The translations under genes and the position numbers were made by a program. From Flavobacteriales bacterium (GTDB lineage Bacteria > Bacteroidota > Bacteroidia > CAIKAF01): a stretch of DNA of 64,000 nucleotides. The DNA is taken from assembly GCA_044376575.1 (NCBI GenBank), contig JBILKR010000005.1, positions 44,078-108,077 on the forward strand, read 5' to 3'. How positions within the stretch are numbered: position 1 is the first letter of the stretch; each line of letters starts with the position of its first letter. The notes under the pieces are model-generated. The model saw only the letters and a list, made by a program, of their open reading frames with translations. It searched no databases and had not been told where the DNA came from. Shown here in pieces: positions 1 to 9,668 of this stretch.

Positions 1-1
1 C

Positions 2-583
2 AAACGCGGTATTTGTAAAGGAAATTCGTCGAAGATAAGTTGGACACAAGTGGAAACCGGATCTGCAATTACATGGAAATATCCATCAGTAATTTTAAAA
101 GGAGATCATTCTGTCGGAGAGTTTTATTCTGTTGCTGTAACAGGAAATTATCAACAGGCTGATACCGGAACAAAAATGATACATCTCGGAAAAAACACAA
201 AAAGTGTAATTGTTTCCAAAGGAATATCATCAGGTAAAAGCAATAATAGTTACAGAGGCCTGGTGAAAATCGCACCCGATGCTAAAAATGCAAGAAATTT
301 TAGTCAGTGTGATTCGTTGCTGATAGGCGATCAGTGTGGTGCTCATACGTTTCCTTATGTTGAAGTGGGCAATACAACGGGTATTGTTGAACACGAAGCA
401 ACCACTTCAAAAATATCTGAAGATCAGATTTTTTATTGCAATCAAAGAGGTATTAATACAGAGAAGGCAGTAGCACTCATTGTGAATGGTTATTGTAAAG
501 AAGTTTTCAATCAGTTGCCCATGGAATTTGCGGTTGAAGCTCAGAAATTATTGGCAATTAGTTTAGAAGGATCAGTAGGATAA
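2..583 (+). CDS. sufB: Fe-S cluster assembly protein SufB, C-terminal part (5' end lies outside the window)
   Basis: Open frame runs from the window edge. The translation matches the conserved SufB C-terminus and is immediately followed by sufC-sufD-sufS-sufE. Confidence 0.85.
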   Translation, partial: KRGICKGNSSKISWTQVETGSAITWKYPSVILKGDHSVGEFYSVAVTGNYQQADTGTKMIHLGKNTKSVIVSKGISSGKSNNSYRGLVKIAPDAKNARNFSQCDSLLIGDQCGAHTFPYVEVGNTTGIVEHEATTSKISEDQIFYCNQRGINTEKAVALIVNGYCKEVFNQLPMEFAVEAQKLLAISLEGSVG

Positions 584-605
584 TTAATGTTTAATAAATC
601 AGATC

Positions 606-1364
606 ATGTTATCAATTAAAAATCTAAGAGTAGAGATTGAAGGGAAAGAAATATTAAAAGGCCTGAATCTGGAAGTAAAGGAGGGAGAAATTCATGCGAT
701 TATGGGACCCAATGGTTCAGGAAAATCTACCCTTGCATCTGTAATCGCGGGTAAAGATGGTTATGATGTTACTGATGGTTCAATAGAATTTAAAGGCAAG
801 GATTTATTTCAACTTGCACCTGAAGAAAGAGTAGGAGAGGGCGTATTTCTCGCTTTTCAATATCCTGTTGAAATTCCAGGTGTTAGCATGATGAATTTTA
901 TGAAGACGGCAGTGCAGGAAGTGCGTGAATACAGAAAACAGGAACCTCTTGATGCGAAATCTTTTTTAGCACTGGTAAAAGAAAAACAAGCACTGGTGGA
1001 ATTGGATAAAAAATTAACCAACAGATCGGTTAACGAAGGTTTTTCTGGAGGTGAGAAAAAGAGAAATGAAATTTTTCAAATGGCCATGCTAGAACCTTCT
1101 TTGTCAGTATTGGATGAAACAGATTCAGGTTTGGATATCGATGCATTGCGAATTGTTGCCAATGGCGTAAATAAATTAAAAAGCAATTCAAATGCTTACA
1201 TCGTTATAACTCATTATCAGCGATTATTAGATTACATTGTTCCTGATTTCGTACATGTATTATATAACGGAAAAATTATAAAAACGGGCGATAAAAATTT
1301 AGCCTTGGAATTGGAAGATAAAGGTTACGATTGGATTATTAAAGAAGAAAAGGAAAAGGTATAG
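606..1364 (+). CDS. sufC: Fe-S cluster assembly ATPase SufC
   Basis: 252 aa ABC ATPase with Walker A (GPNGSGKST), ABC signature (FSGGEKKR) and Walker B (LSVLDETDSGLD). Sits in suf operon context. Confidence 0.93.
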   Translation: MLSIKNLRVEIEGKEILKGLNLEVKEGEIHAIMGPNGSGKSTLASVIAGKDGYDVTDGSIEFKGKDLFQLAPEERVGEGVFLAFQYPVEIPGVSMMNFMKTAVQEVREYRKQEPLDAKSFLALVKEKQALVELDKKLTNRSVNEGFSGGEKKRNEIFQMAMLEPSLSVLDETDSGLDIDALRIVANGVNKLKSNSNAYIVITHYQRLLDYIVPDFVHVLYNGKIIKTGDKNLALELEDKGYDWIIKEEKEKV

Positions 1365-1369
1365 TACAC

Positions 1370-2617
1370 ATGCAGAACGAATTGATCAACATATCTGAAC
1401 GTACGCTTGAAAATAAATTAAAGCCTTCAATTACTTTTGATGATTTTATCAATGATCGTCAGCAGGCTGAGGAATTGTTTTTACAATTACAGTTGCCGGA
1501 TGTTAAAGAGGAAGATTGGAAATATTCGAATATAAGGTCATCTATTGAAACGTTCCATCCGAAGCCCAATCATCATCATCCTTCAAATAACAATGCAGAA
1601 ATCAATACCATAAAAATACATAATGGGTATGTTGCATCTATTCAAATTTCTGAAGAGATTAAAAAATCACTCGATATCATTTCTCAGCCTTTACATCATG
1701 GTATTGATGAATTAAATGATGCTAAGAAAAATATTTTTATTGCATCCAACCTGGCATTTTTTCAAACTTCTTTACAATTTATTTTTAAAAAGAATACCAT
1801 TTGTTCTGAACCCCTGAATATAATGTTTTCATGGGATAATGAGAACGACTTGGTAGCGCATACAAGATTCTATTTTATTGCTGAACAAAATGCACAGGCT
1901 TCAGTAATCATAAAACATAATTCTAATCATTCACAAGCATCTGTTCTCCATAATCATGTATCGCAAGTATCGGTAAAAGATTCTGCAAAAATTTCATTCA
2001 GTAGACTTCAGCAAGAGAGTAATCAATTGCTTTGTATTGATCATGTAATTGCAGATGTGTTTTCGAATGGATTTTTATCCTGGGATAATGTTCTTTTATC
2101 CGGTAAGTTGATGCGTAATACCTATCAGGTATCTTTAAAGGGAGAACATGCAAATGCAACTTTATCTGGTATTGCTATGTTGAATGAATCCTGTCAGGGT
2201 GATACTTCTGTGCTGATCAATCATTTATCTCCTCATTGTGAAAGCAATCAGAAATTCAAGTCATTGATTGATGATAATGCTCAGTCTGTTTTTACCGGTA
2301 AAATTTTTGTAGATCAAAAAGCGCAAAAAACTAATGCATATCAATCTTCTAAAAATATTGTATTAAGCGAAAGTGCAAGATCATATACTCGTCCACAACT
2401 TGAGATTTATGCGGATGATGTAAAATGCAGTCATGGTGCAACAACTGGCCAGCTTGATGAGGATGCATTATATTATTTACGTTCAAGAGGAATTTCAGAA
2501 ACAAACGCACGAAAATTGTTACTTATGGCATTTGTTGAAGATGTACTCAACCAGTTCGAAAATAAAGAATTTAAAATGCAGATGGAAGATGTTCTTCACA
2601 ACAAATGGAATGCATAA
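1370..2617 (+). CDS. sufD: Fe-S cluster assembly protein SufD
   Basis: 415 aa. SufB/SufD family C-terminal beta-helix region. Gene order sufB-sufC-sufD. ATG start follows 5 nt after the sufC stop. Confidence 0.85.
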   Translation: MQNELINISERTLENKLKPSITFDDFINDRQQAEELFLQLQLPDVKEEDWKYSNIRSSIETFHPKPNHHHPSNNNAEINTIKIHNGYVASIQISEEIKKSLDIISQPLHHGIDELNDAKKNIFIASNLAFFQTSLQFIFKKNTICSEPLNIMFSWDNENDLVAHTRFYFIAEQNAQASVIIKHNSNHSQASVLHNHVSQVSVKDSAKISFSRLQQESNQLLCIDHVIADVFSNGFLSWDNVLLSGKLMRNTYQVSLKGEHANATLSGIAMLNESCQGDTSVLINHLSPHCESNQKFKSLIDDNAQSVFTGKIFVDQKAQKTNAYQSSKNIVLSESARSYTRPQLEIYADDVKCSHGATTGQLDEDALYYLRSRGISETNARKLLLMAFVEDVLNQFENKEFKMQMEDVLHNKWNA

Positions 2618-3862
2618 ATGATGGAAAAAATATCACCTGATCATACAGCATATTGGACAAAAGTCAGGAATGATTTTCCTATTCTACAACGAAAAGTAAA
2701 TGGCGTTCCACTTGTTTATCTTGATAATGCTGCAACTTCTCAAAAACCTCAGACTGTTATTGATTCTTTGGTAAATTATTATTCTCATTTCAATGCAAAT
2801 GTTCACCGTGGAGTACATACGCTTAGTCAGGAAGGAACGGATGCTTTTGAAAATGCGAGAAATCTTGTTAAAGATTTTATTCATGCAGCAACTCACAAAG
2901 AAATTATTTTTACAAAAGGCACTACCTCTGCTGTTAATTTAGTAGCATATACTTTCGCAAAAAAATATTTACATGAAGATGATGAGATCCTGATTACAGA
3001 AATGGAGCATCATTCCAATATTGTTCCATGGCAATTGGTTTGTGAAGAAAAAAAAGCAAGATTAAAAGTTATTCAAATTAACAATAAAGGTGAACTTGAT
3101 TTAAGTAATCTTGAAAATTTAATAACTGATAAAACGAAATTAATTTCAATTGTTCATGTTTCAAATGCGCTGGGCACAATTAATCCGGTAAAACAAATTA
3201 TTGATAAAGCACATCTACATAATATTCCTGTATTACTTGATGGAGCTCAATCTGTACCTCATATGAAAATTGATGTGCAGGATTTGAATTGTGATTTTTA
3301 TTGTTTTTCAGGACATAAAATGTTAGCTCCGACAGGCATTGGCATATTATATGGAAAAGAAGAATGCCTGAATAAATTATCACCGTTTGAAGGTGGAGGT
3401 GAAATGATAGATAGGGTAACATTTGAAAAAACTACATTCAATGAGTTGCCATTTAAGTTTGAAGCAGGAACACCAAATATTGAAGGTGCTATTGGATTAG
3501 GTACTGCCATTGATTATTTGAATTCAATTGGTATGGATAATATTGCTGAACGTGAAAATTATTTATATAGGTTGGCATTGGATAAAATGAAAAATCTTGA
3601 CGGATTTCAATTGATTGGAGATGCACAAAATAAATCTGCTGTATTATCTTTTATCATTGAGGGTGTTCATCCTTATGATATGGGTGTGATACTTGATAAG
3701 CAGGGTATAGCGGTTAGAACTGGCCATCATTGTACACAGCCATTGATGGATTATTTTAATATACCGGGAACTATCAGGGCCTCTTTTTCATTTTACAATA
3801 ACGAAGATGATGTTGAGAGTCTATACCAAGCATCTAAAAAAGCAATTCAAATGTTAAGATAA
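2618..3862 (+). CDS. sufS: Cysteine desulfurase SufS (class V aminotransferase)
   Basis: 414 aa with the PLP-lysine motif (SGHKM) and an active-site Cys loop near the C-terminus (RTGHHCTQPL). Directly abuts the sufD stop. Confidence 0.92.
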   Translation: MMEKISPDHTAYWTKVRNDFPILQRKVNGVPLVYLDNAATSQKPQTVIDSLVNYYSHFNANVHRGVHTLSQEGTDAFENARNLVKDFIHAATHKEIIFTKGTTSAVNLVAYTFAKKYLHEDDEILITEMEHHSNIVPWQLVCEEKKARLKVIQINNKGELDLSNLENLITDKTKLISIVHVSNALGTINPVKQIIDKAHLHNIPVLLDGAQSVPHMKIDVQDLNCDFYCFSGHKMLAPTGIGILYGKEECLNKLSPFEGGGEMIDRVTFEKTTFNELPFKFEAGTPNIEGAIGLGTAIDYLNSIGMDNIAERENYLYRLALDKMKNLDGFQLIGDAQNKSAVLSFIIEGVHPYDMGVILDKQGIAVRTGHHCTQPLMDYFNIPGTIRASFSFYNNEDDVESLYQASKKAIQMLR

Positions 3863-3864
3863 TT

Positions 3865-4284
3865 ATGAACACAGACATCATCGACATACAAGAAGAAATT
3901 ATCGCTGAATTTGAGTTGTTCGATGATTGGATGTCTAAATACGATCACATCATTGATATGGGAAAATCATTATTGCCTTTCAATGATCAATACAAAACAG
4001 ATGAGCATCTCATCAAGGGATGTCAAAGTAAAGTTTGGCTTGGAAGTTCTGTTGCTGATGAAAAGGTAATTTTTTATGCAGATAGTGATGCTGTTATTTC
4101 AAAAGGAGTAATTGCTTTGCTTATTCGCGTTCTTTCAGGTCATACTCCTCAGGAAATTGTGAATGCTGATTTATATTTTATAGATCAAATCGGTTTAAAG
4201 GAACATTTATCTCCAAGCCGAAGTAACGGATTGGCAAGCATGGTCAGACAAATGAAATTAAATGCCTTGAGTTATATTAAATAA
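3865..4284 (+). CDS. sufE: Cysteine desulfuration protein SufE
   Basis: 139 aa with the SufE signature around the persulfide-accepting Cys (KGCQSKVWL). Immediately downstream of sufS. Confidence 0.88.
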   Translation: MNTDIIDIQEEIIAEFELFDDWMSKYDHIIDMGKSLLPFNDQYKTDEHLIKGCQSKVWLGSSVADEKVIFYADSDAVISKGVIALLIRVLSGHTPQEIVNADLYFIDQIGLKEHLSPSRSNGLASMVRQMKLNALSYIK

Positions 4285-4294
4285 TTAATTAGTT

Positions 4295-4612
4295 ATGTCG
4301 GTTGATACTGCTGAAATACAAAAAAATATTATTGCAAAAATCAAAACAATTTACGATCCCGAAATTCCTGTAGATGTATATGAATTAGGATTAATATATG
4401 ACATCGATGTAAAAGATGATGGACGTGTTCATGTGGTTATGACACTCACATCTCCTAATTGTCCATCTGCAGAAGAAATACCAAAAGAAGTGGAAGAAAA
4501 GACTAAATCAGTTGATGGCGTAACAGAGGTTACAGTTCAACTTACTTTCGATCCACCATGGGACAAAGATATGATGAGCGAAGAAGCTCAGCTCGAACTT
4601 GGGTTTTTATGA
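4295..4612 (+). CDS. DUF59 / SufT-like Fe-S assembly protein
   Basis: 105 aa MIP18/DUF59-like sequence with conserved Cys (TSPNCP), placed last in the suf operon. Confidence 0.75.
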   Translation: MSVDTAEIQKNIIAKIKTIYDPEIPVDVYELGLIYDIDVKDDGRVHVVMTLTSPNCPSAEEIPKEVEEKTKSVDGVTEVTVQLTFDPPWDKDMMSEEAQLELGFL

Positions 4613-4750
4613 CCTCTTGAAATGTTTGTTTTTATTAGGGTTTAGACGTAATCAAAAATTTATTTTTATAAAAACACAAGATTTCTTCGCAAAAAAATTT
4701 TTTCTTTGTGCGGTCCATTGATTTTTAATTCTCCTAACAAGTTAAGGAAC

Positions 4751-7189
4751 ATGTCAAGAAATTTAGTGATTGTTGAGTCTCCTGCCAAAGCAAAAACCAT
4801 TGAGTCTTATTTGGGAAAAGACTTTACTGTAAAATCGAGTTATGGCCACGTTAGAGACCTCTCAGAAAAAGGAATTTCTATTGATATTGAAAATAATTTC
4901 GCACCCGAATATGTGGTGCCGGAGGAAAAGAAAAAAGTAATTAATGAATTAAAAAAATTATCCAAGGATGCAGAGGTTGTATGGCTTGCTTCCGATGAAG
5001 ACCGGGAAGGAGAAGCCATCTCATGGCATTTGTTTCAGGCATTGGATCTTGACGAAAAGAAAACGAAAAGAATCGTTTTTAATGAAATTACAAAACCGGC
5101 TATATTAAAAGCAATAGAAAAACCAAGAACTATAGATTATAATTTAGTCAATGCACAGCAGGCGAGAAGAATTTTGGATCGACTTGTTGGATATGAATTA
5201 TCACCCATCCTCTGGAAGAAAATTAAACCATCGCTGTCAGCAGGAAGAGTTCAGTCGGTAGCTGTAAGAATAATAGTTGAGCGTGAGCGCGAGCGAAATG
5301 CATTTAAAACACAGTCTTTTTATAGAGTTGTTGCAGTATTTAATTCAAATGGAAAAGTTTTTAAGGCTGAGTTAAACAAACGTTTTGATAATAAATCAGA
5401 TGCAGAACAATTTTTAAACAGTTGTGCTCCTGTAATTTTCAATGTTTCAAATGTCGAACAAAAACCGGGAAGTAAATCACCGTCTGCACCTTTTACTACA
5501 AGTACTCTACAACAAGAAGCGGGTCGCAAATTAGGATACTCAGTTTCTAGAACGATGCAGGTAGCTCAGAAGCTCTATGAAAGTGGAAAGATAACTTACA
5601 TGAGAACAGACTCCGTAAATTTATCTGATGTGGCTTTGGAGGCTGCAGAAAAGTCAATCGCTGTAATGTTCGGCCCGCAGTATCATCAGCGTCGCCAGTT
5701 TACAACTAAATCTAAAGGTGCTCAGGAAGCACACGAGTGTATTCGCCCGACAGATATGTCTGTATCTTCAGCGGGTGCAGATGCTGCTGAAAATAGATTG
5801 TATGAACTGATTTGGAAAAGAACCATTGCTTCTCAGATGAGTGATGCTAAACTTGAGAAAACAATCATTACAGTTCCGTCACCATCTCCATCGCTCCATT
5901 TTTCTGCAAGGGGAGAGGTAATTAAATTTGATGGATTTCTAAAAGTGTATATGGAAAGCACGGATGATGAGGAAGAGGATGCTACAGATCAGACCTTACC
6001 TGATGTTAGAATTGGAGATGTAGTTAATCTGAATGAGATGGTAGCTACAGAGCGCTTTACAACTCCGCCGCCTCGCTACACAGAATCAAGTCTTGTAAAA
6101 AAATTGGAAGAATTGGGAATAGGTCGTCCATCAACTTACGCTCCAACTATTTCAACCATCCAAAATAGAGGTTATGTAGTAAAAGAAGAAAGACAAGGTT
6201 ATACAAGAAAGTATAATGTTTTAACACTGAATCAGCGTGTAGTAAACGCTAAACAACTGGAAGAAAATACCGGTGCCGAAAAAAATAAATTATTCCCAAC
6301 GGATATTGGTTCTGTTGTCAATGATTTTTTAGTTGAAAATTTTTCAAATATTTTGGATTATCATTTTACCGCTGATGTCGAAAAAGAATTTGATGAAATA
6401 GCATCTGGAAAATTGAAATGGGAAAATATGTTACATCGCTTCTATAAGCCATTTCATTCAACGGTTGAGGAAACAGAAAAACATTCTAAAAGAGCAACAG
6501 GAAAAAGAGATCTGGGTAAAGATCCCGTTTCAGGTAAAACGGTTTATGCGCTTGTGGGAAGATTTGGCCCGATGATTCAAATCGGAGAATCTGAGGACGA
6601 AGAAAAACCTAAATATGCAAGTTTAAGAAAAGGTCAAAGTATAGAATCCATTACTTTAAATGAGGCTATGGATTTATTCAAATTACCGAAATCTGTTGGT
6701 TTATTTGAAGATAAGGAAATGATTGTTGGTGTGGGACGTTTTGGGCCGTACATTCGTCACGATAATAAGTTTGTATCGATTCCTAAGCATATTGATCCGA
6801 TGAATTTAGAGAATGCAGAAGCCATTCAGTTGATAGAGGAAAAAAGGAATGCTGAAAAAAACAGGGTGATACATTCGTTTGAAGGTACAGATATACAAGT
6901 GTTGAGAGGACGGTTCGGTCCTTATATTACATCTGGCGGTGCCAATTATAAAATACCCAAAGGAACCGATGCCGAAAAACTTACGAAAGAAGAAGTTGAA
7001 CATATTATTGCAAACACTCAGCCTTCAGGTAAGTCTGCAAAGAAAGTTGCATTGAAAAAAACTGAAGAGAAAAAAGTTACGAAAAAGGCAGCATCTGCAA
7101 AAAAATCAGCAAGTCCTGCTCCTAAAACAAAAAAGAAATCTGCAGCTAAAAAGACTGCTAAAAAATCTTCCGGTAAAAAAGAAAAGTAA
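4751..7189 (+). CDS. topA: DNA topoisomerase I with lysine-rich C-terminal tail
   Basis: Toprim N-terminus (LVIVESPAKAKTI...), catalytic region (TYMRTDS), and C-terminal repeats (GRFGPY x3). The track ORF starts at a TTG at 4706, but the in-frame ATG at 4751 gives the canonical TopA N-terminus. The C-terminus is a histone-H1-like K/A/S-rich tail. Confidence 0.9.
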   Translation: MSRNLVIVESPAKAKTIESYLGKDFTVKSSYGHVRDLSEKGISIDIENNFAPEYVVPEEKKKVINELKKLSKDAEVVWLASDEDREGEAISWHLFQALDLDEKKTKRIVFNEITKPAILKAIEKPRTIDYNLVNAQQARRILDRLVGYELSPILWKKIKPSLSAGRVQSVAVRIIVERERERNAFKTQSFYRVVAVFNSNGKVFKAELNKRFDNKSDAEQFLNSCAPVIFNVSNVEQKPGSKSPSAPFTTSTLQQEAGRKLGYSVSRTMQVAQKLYESGKITYMRTDSVNLSDVALEAAEKSIAVMFGPQYHQRRQFTTKSKGAQEAHECIRPTDMSVSSAGADAAENRLYELIWKRTIASQMSDAKLEKTIITVPSPSPSLHFSARGEVIKFDGFLKVYMESTDDEEEDATDQTLPDVRIGDVVNLNEMVATERFTTPPPRYTESSLVKKLEELGIGRPSTYAPTISTIQNRGYVVKEERQGYTRKYNVLTLNQRVVNAKQLEENTGAEKNKLFPTDIGSVVNDFLVENFSNILDYHFTADVEKEFDEIASGKLKWENMLHRFYKPFHSTVEETEKHSKRATGKRDLGKDPVSGKTVYALVGRFGPMIQIGESEDEEKPKYASLRKGQSIESITLNEAMDLFKLPKSVGLFEDKEMIVGVGRFGPYIRHDNKFVSIPKHIDPMNLENAEAIQLIEEKRNAEKNRVIHSFEGTDIQVLRGRFGPYITSGGANYKIPKGTDAEKLTKEEVEHIIANTQPSGKSAKKVALKKTEEKKVTKKAASAKKSASPAPKTKKKSAAKKTAKKSSGKKEK

Positions 7190-7274
7190 TTAATACTTCA
7201 TTGTAGATATCTTACATTTTTTACTGAATTTTCTCATCTTTCATTGCTGTACATTGCATCAATTAACTTAAAAT

Positions 7275-8453
7275 ATGATGTGGGAAGATTTTTTTACACC
7301 TGTAAGCAATTACGTATTGGCTGAAGACTTTAACCGAAGTCAGTATTCTTCTAATATTGAATGTTATTCAGAAGTTTCAGATTTCCCTGATTTCAACAAT
7401 CAGAAATTTGATATTGTTTTGGTAGGAGTAGGGTTTGATAGTTTTGATTTATCCACAGGTATTACACAAACTCCAGATCATGTTCGTTATTGGTTTTACA
7501 GGTTGTTTAAAGGAAATTATGATGTTCGCATCGCTGATTTGGGAAACTTCAATGTAAAAAATTCCCTGGATGATGTTTCTGAAAAATTATCTGATTTACT
7601 TGCTGAAATCATTTATCAGGGATCAATTCCTGTAATCATTGGTGGAGGTAAAGAAATTGCTTATGCAAATTACCTGGCATATAAAAAAATAGGGAAGTAT
7701 TGCAATCTTTTAAATGTAAGTTCAAGTTTAAATTTTAGCGAAGCTACCAACGAATTAACGGCCTCAAATTTTCTAAGTAAAATTTTAGCTGATCCTGAAA
7801 ATCATTTGTTCAATTACTGCAATATTGGTTACCAAACTTATCTGAATGCACCGGAATTAATTGAATTATTCAGAGGATTTCATTTTGATTTGCATCGCCT
7901 GGGTGAAGTGCGAGCCAATATTGAAGAAACAGAACCTTTTATTCGGGATGTTGATTTTATTGCCTTTGATCTCGGTGCTGTAAAATTTGCTGATGCTCCG
8001 CATACTTTATTCGGATCTCCGAATGGTTTAAGCAGCGATGAGATTTGTAGGTTGGCCAGATATGCCGGTTTAAGCATGAAGTTATCATCCATTGGTTTTT
8101 ATGGTATACAGCCGGGAGGGAAGCTTGAATGGCCCGATCATCATTTGATGGCTCAGGTTATTTGGCATTTTATAGAAGGTTTTTATTTGCGTAAACCGGA
8201 AAGCATGCGCTCAGATGATCCACAATACATGAAATATCATGTCACATTTGATGAATATCCGGATGAAATCATCTTTTATAAGAATACTATAACGGAAAAG
8301 TGGTGGATGGGAGTGCCCGTCAATGAACAAAGTCAGGGTAAATATCAAATGCGTGAGTATCTTATACCTTGTTCTCCATCCGATTATCAAATAGCCGCTT
8401 TGAATGAGGTTCCGGACCGCTGGTTACGTACTTTTAAAAAATTAAATGACTAA
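7275..8453 (+). CDS. Arginase/formiminoglutamase-fold family protein, possibly non-catalytic
   Basis: 392 aa. Reads as a formiminoglutamase-like ureohydrolase fold, but the first metal-binding motif is GGGKE rather than GGDHS/GGGHE. Sits directly upstream of porP. Confidence 0.5.
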   Translation: MMWEDFFTPVSNYVLAEDFNRSQYSSNIECYSEVSDFPDFNNQKFDIVLVGVGFDSFDLSTGITQTPDHVRYWFYRLFKGNYDVRIADLGNFNVKNSLDDVSEKLSDLLAEIIYQGSIPVIIGGGKEIAYANYLAYKKIGKYCNLLNVSSSLNFSEATNELTASNFLSKILADPENHLFNYCNIGYQTYLNAPELIELFRGFHFDLHRLGEVRANIEETEPFIRDVDFIAFDLGAVKFADAPHTLFGSPNGLSSDEICRLARYAGLSMKLSSIGFYGIQPGGKLEWPDHHLMAQVIWHFIEGFYLRKPESMRSDDPQYMKYHVTFDEYPDEIIFYKNTITEKWWMGVPVNEQSQGKYQMREYLIPCSPSDYQIAALNEVPDRWLRTFKKLND

Positions 8454-8597
8454 ATAAATTTAAAATGCTGAAAATCAGAAGAATGTATGATTATATTAAA
8501 ATTTCTTAATCAAGAGTTTGGCGGAAATAAAATTTTTTTTCCATACATTTACACTTTAAACGTGGTGTATACTGACTAAAGCATATACAGAAAAGAA

Positions 8598-9566
8598 ATG
8601 AAAAAACTACTCTTAGCGACGTTAATTGCGGGTTCTGGCTTGATTGCCAATGCCCAGCAAGATCCTCAATTCACTCAGTTTTTTAATAATAAACTGATCA
8701 TGAATCCGGCCTATGCTGGTGCAAAAGATGCAATATGCGCAACTGTGCTTAGCCGTTTTCAGTGGGTTGGTTTTCAAGGTGCGCCAACATCAACCCTTAT
8801 TTCCGTTGATTTACCCTTATGGAATAAAGGAAATAATCAGATTGCTGTCGGTTTAACTTCATATCTTGATTATATTGGTTTTGAAAAAAATTATGCTTTA
8901 CGTGTTGCGGGAGCATACAGAAGAAAAAATCTAGGTCCCGGTCATTTATCTGTTGGATTTGATGTTGGGTTCTCAAGTAAAGGTATTGAGGCTCCTACCT
9001 GGATTTATCCAAGTGGTTCGGGAGATCCAAATATTCCGACTGTTAATGTAAATAATATTGGTTTAGATTTGGGATTCGGTGCATATTACCATACAGAAAA
9101 TTGGTATGTGGGTTTATCTGCGTTGCATTTAACAGCCAGTGATTTTAAAGATGTAAATATTCGTCAGGCTCGTCATATGTTCTTTATGGGTGGATATACT
9201 TTTAAAGGAATCGGTGGATCTGATTTTGATATCAATCCAAATATTCTTTTAAAAACAGAGTTTGCTACGGTTCAGTTTGATGCTAATGTGAATTTGATTT
9301 GGAGAGAATACTATTGGGGAGGAATTTCTTACCGTATTGAAGATGCTGTTGCAATCAATTTAGGGATGAATTTTGGTGCGATTACACCTAAACTGAATGG
9401 TTTACAAATTGGATATTCTTATGATATCAATACTTCTCGCCTAAGCGCATATAATTCTGGAACACATGAGATCATGTTGCGTTATTGTTTTAAAATTAAT
9501 AAGGAACAGGAGATTATTAAGCGATATAACGTACGCTTCTTGGATTATAACAGAGATCGTTTTTAA
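8598..9566 (+). CDS. porP: PorP/SprF family T9SS outer-membrane protein
   Basis: 322 aa with a signal peptide (MKKLLLATLIAGSGLIANAQQ). The conserved DPQFTQFFNN...NPAYAG N-terminal motif is typical of PorP/SprF. Lies immediately upstream of gldK-gldL-gldM-gldN, as in porPKLMN. Confidence 0.88.
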   Translation: MKKLLLATLIAGSGLIANAQQDPQFTQFFNNKLIMNPAYAGAKDAICATVLSRFQWVGFQGAPTSTLISVDLPLWNKGNNQIAVGLTSYLDYIGFEKNYALRVAGAYRRKNLGPGHLSVGFDVGFSSKGIEAPTWIYPSGSGDPNIPTVNVNNIGLDLGFGAYYHTENWYVGLSALHLTASDFKDVNIRQARHMFFMGGYTFKGIGGSDFDINPNILLKTEFATVQFDANVNLIWREYYWGGISYRIEDAVAINLGMNFGAITPKLNGLQIGYSYDINTSRLSAYNSGTHEIMLRYCFKINKEQEIIKRYNVRFLDYNRDRF

Positions 9567-9668
9567 ATTTTTATTATTGAAAAATCAGTTTAATTAAGAA
9601 ATATTAAAATAATATAAATGAAGTTTCGTTTATATACAAAAGATAAATTCGCCAAAAACAACAAAAGC

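Noticed and set aside
2433-2621. 62-aa plus-strand ORF overlapping the 3' end of sufD in another frame; also 45546-45743 (-) over the surE start and 46642-46902 (-) over the lpxB start
   Set aside because: These are out-of-frame overlaps with well-supported genes and show no conservation signals, so they are likely spurious.
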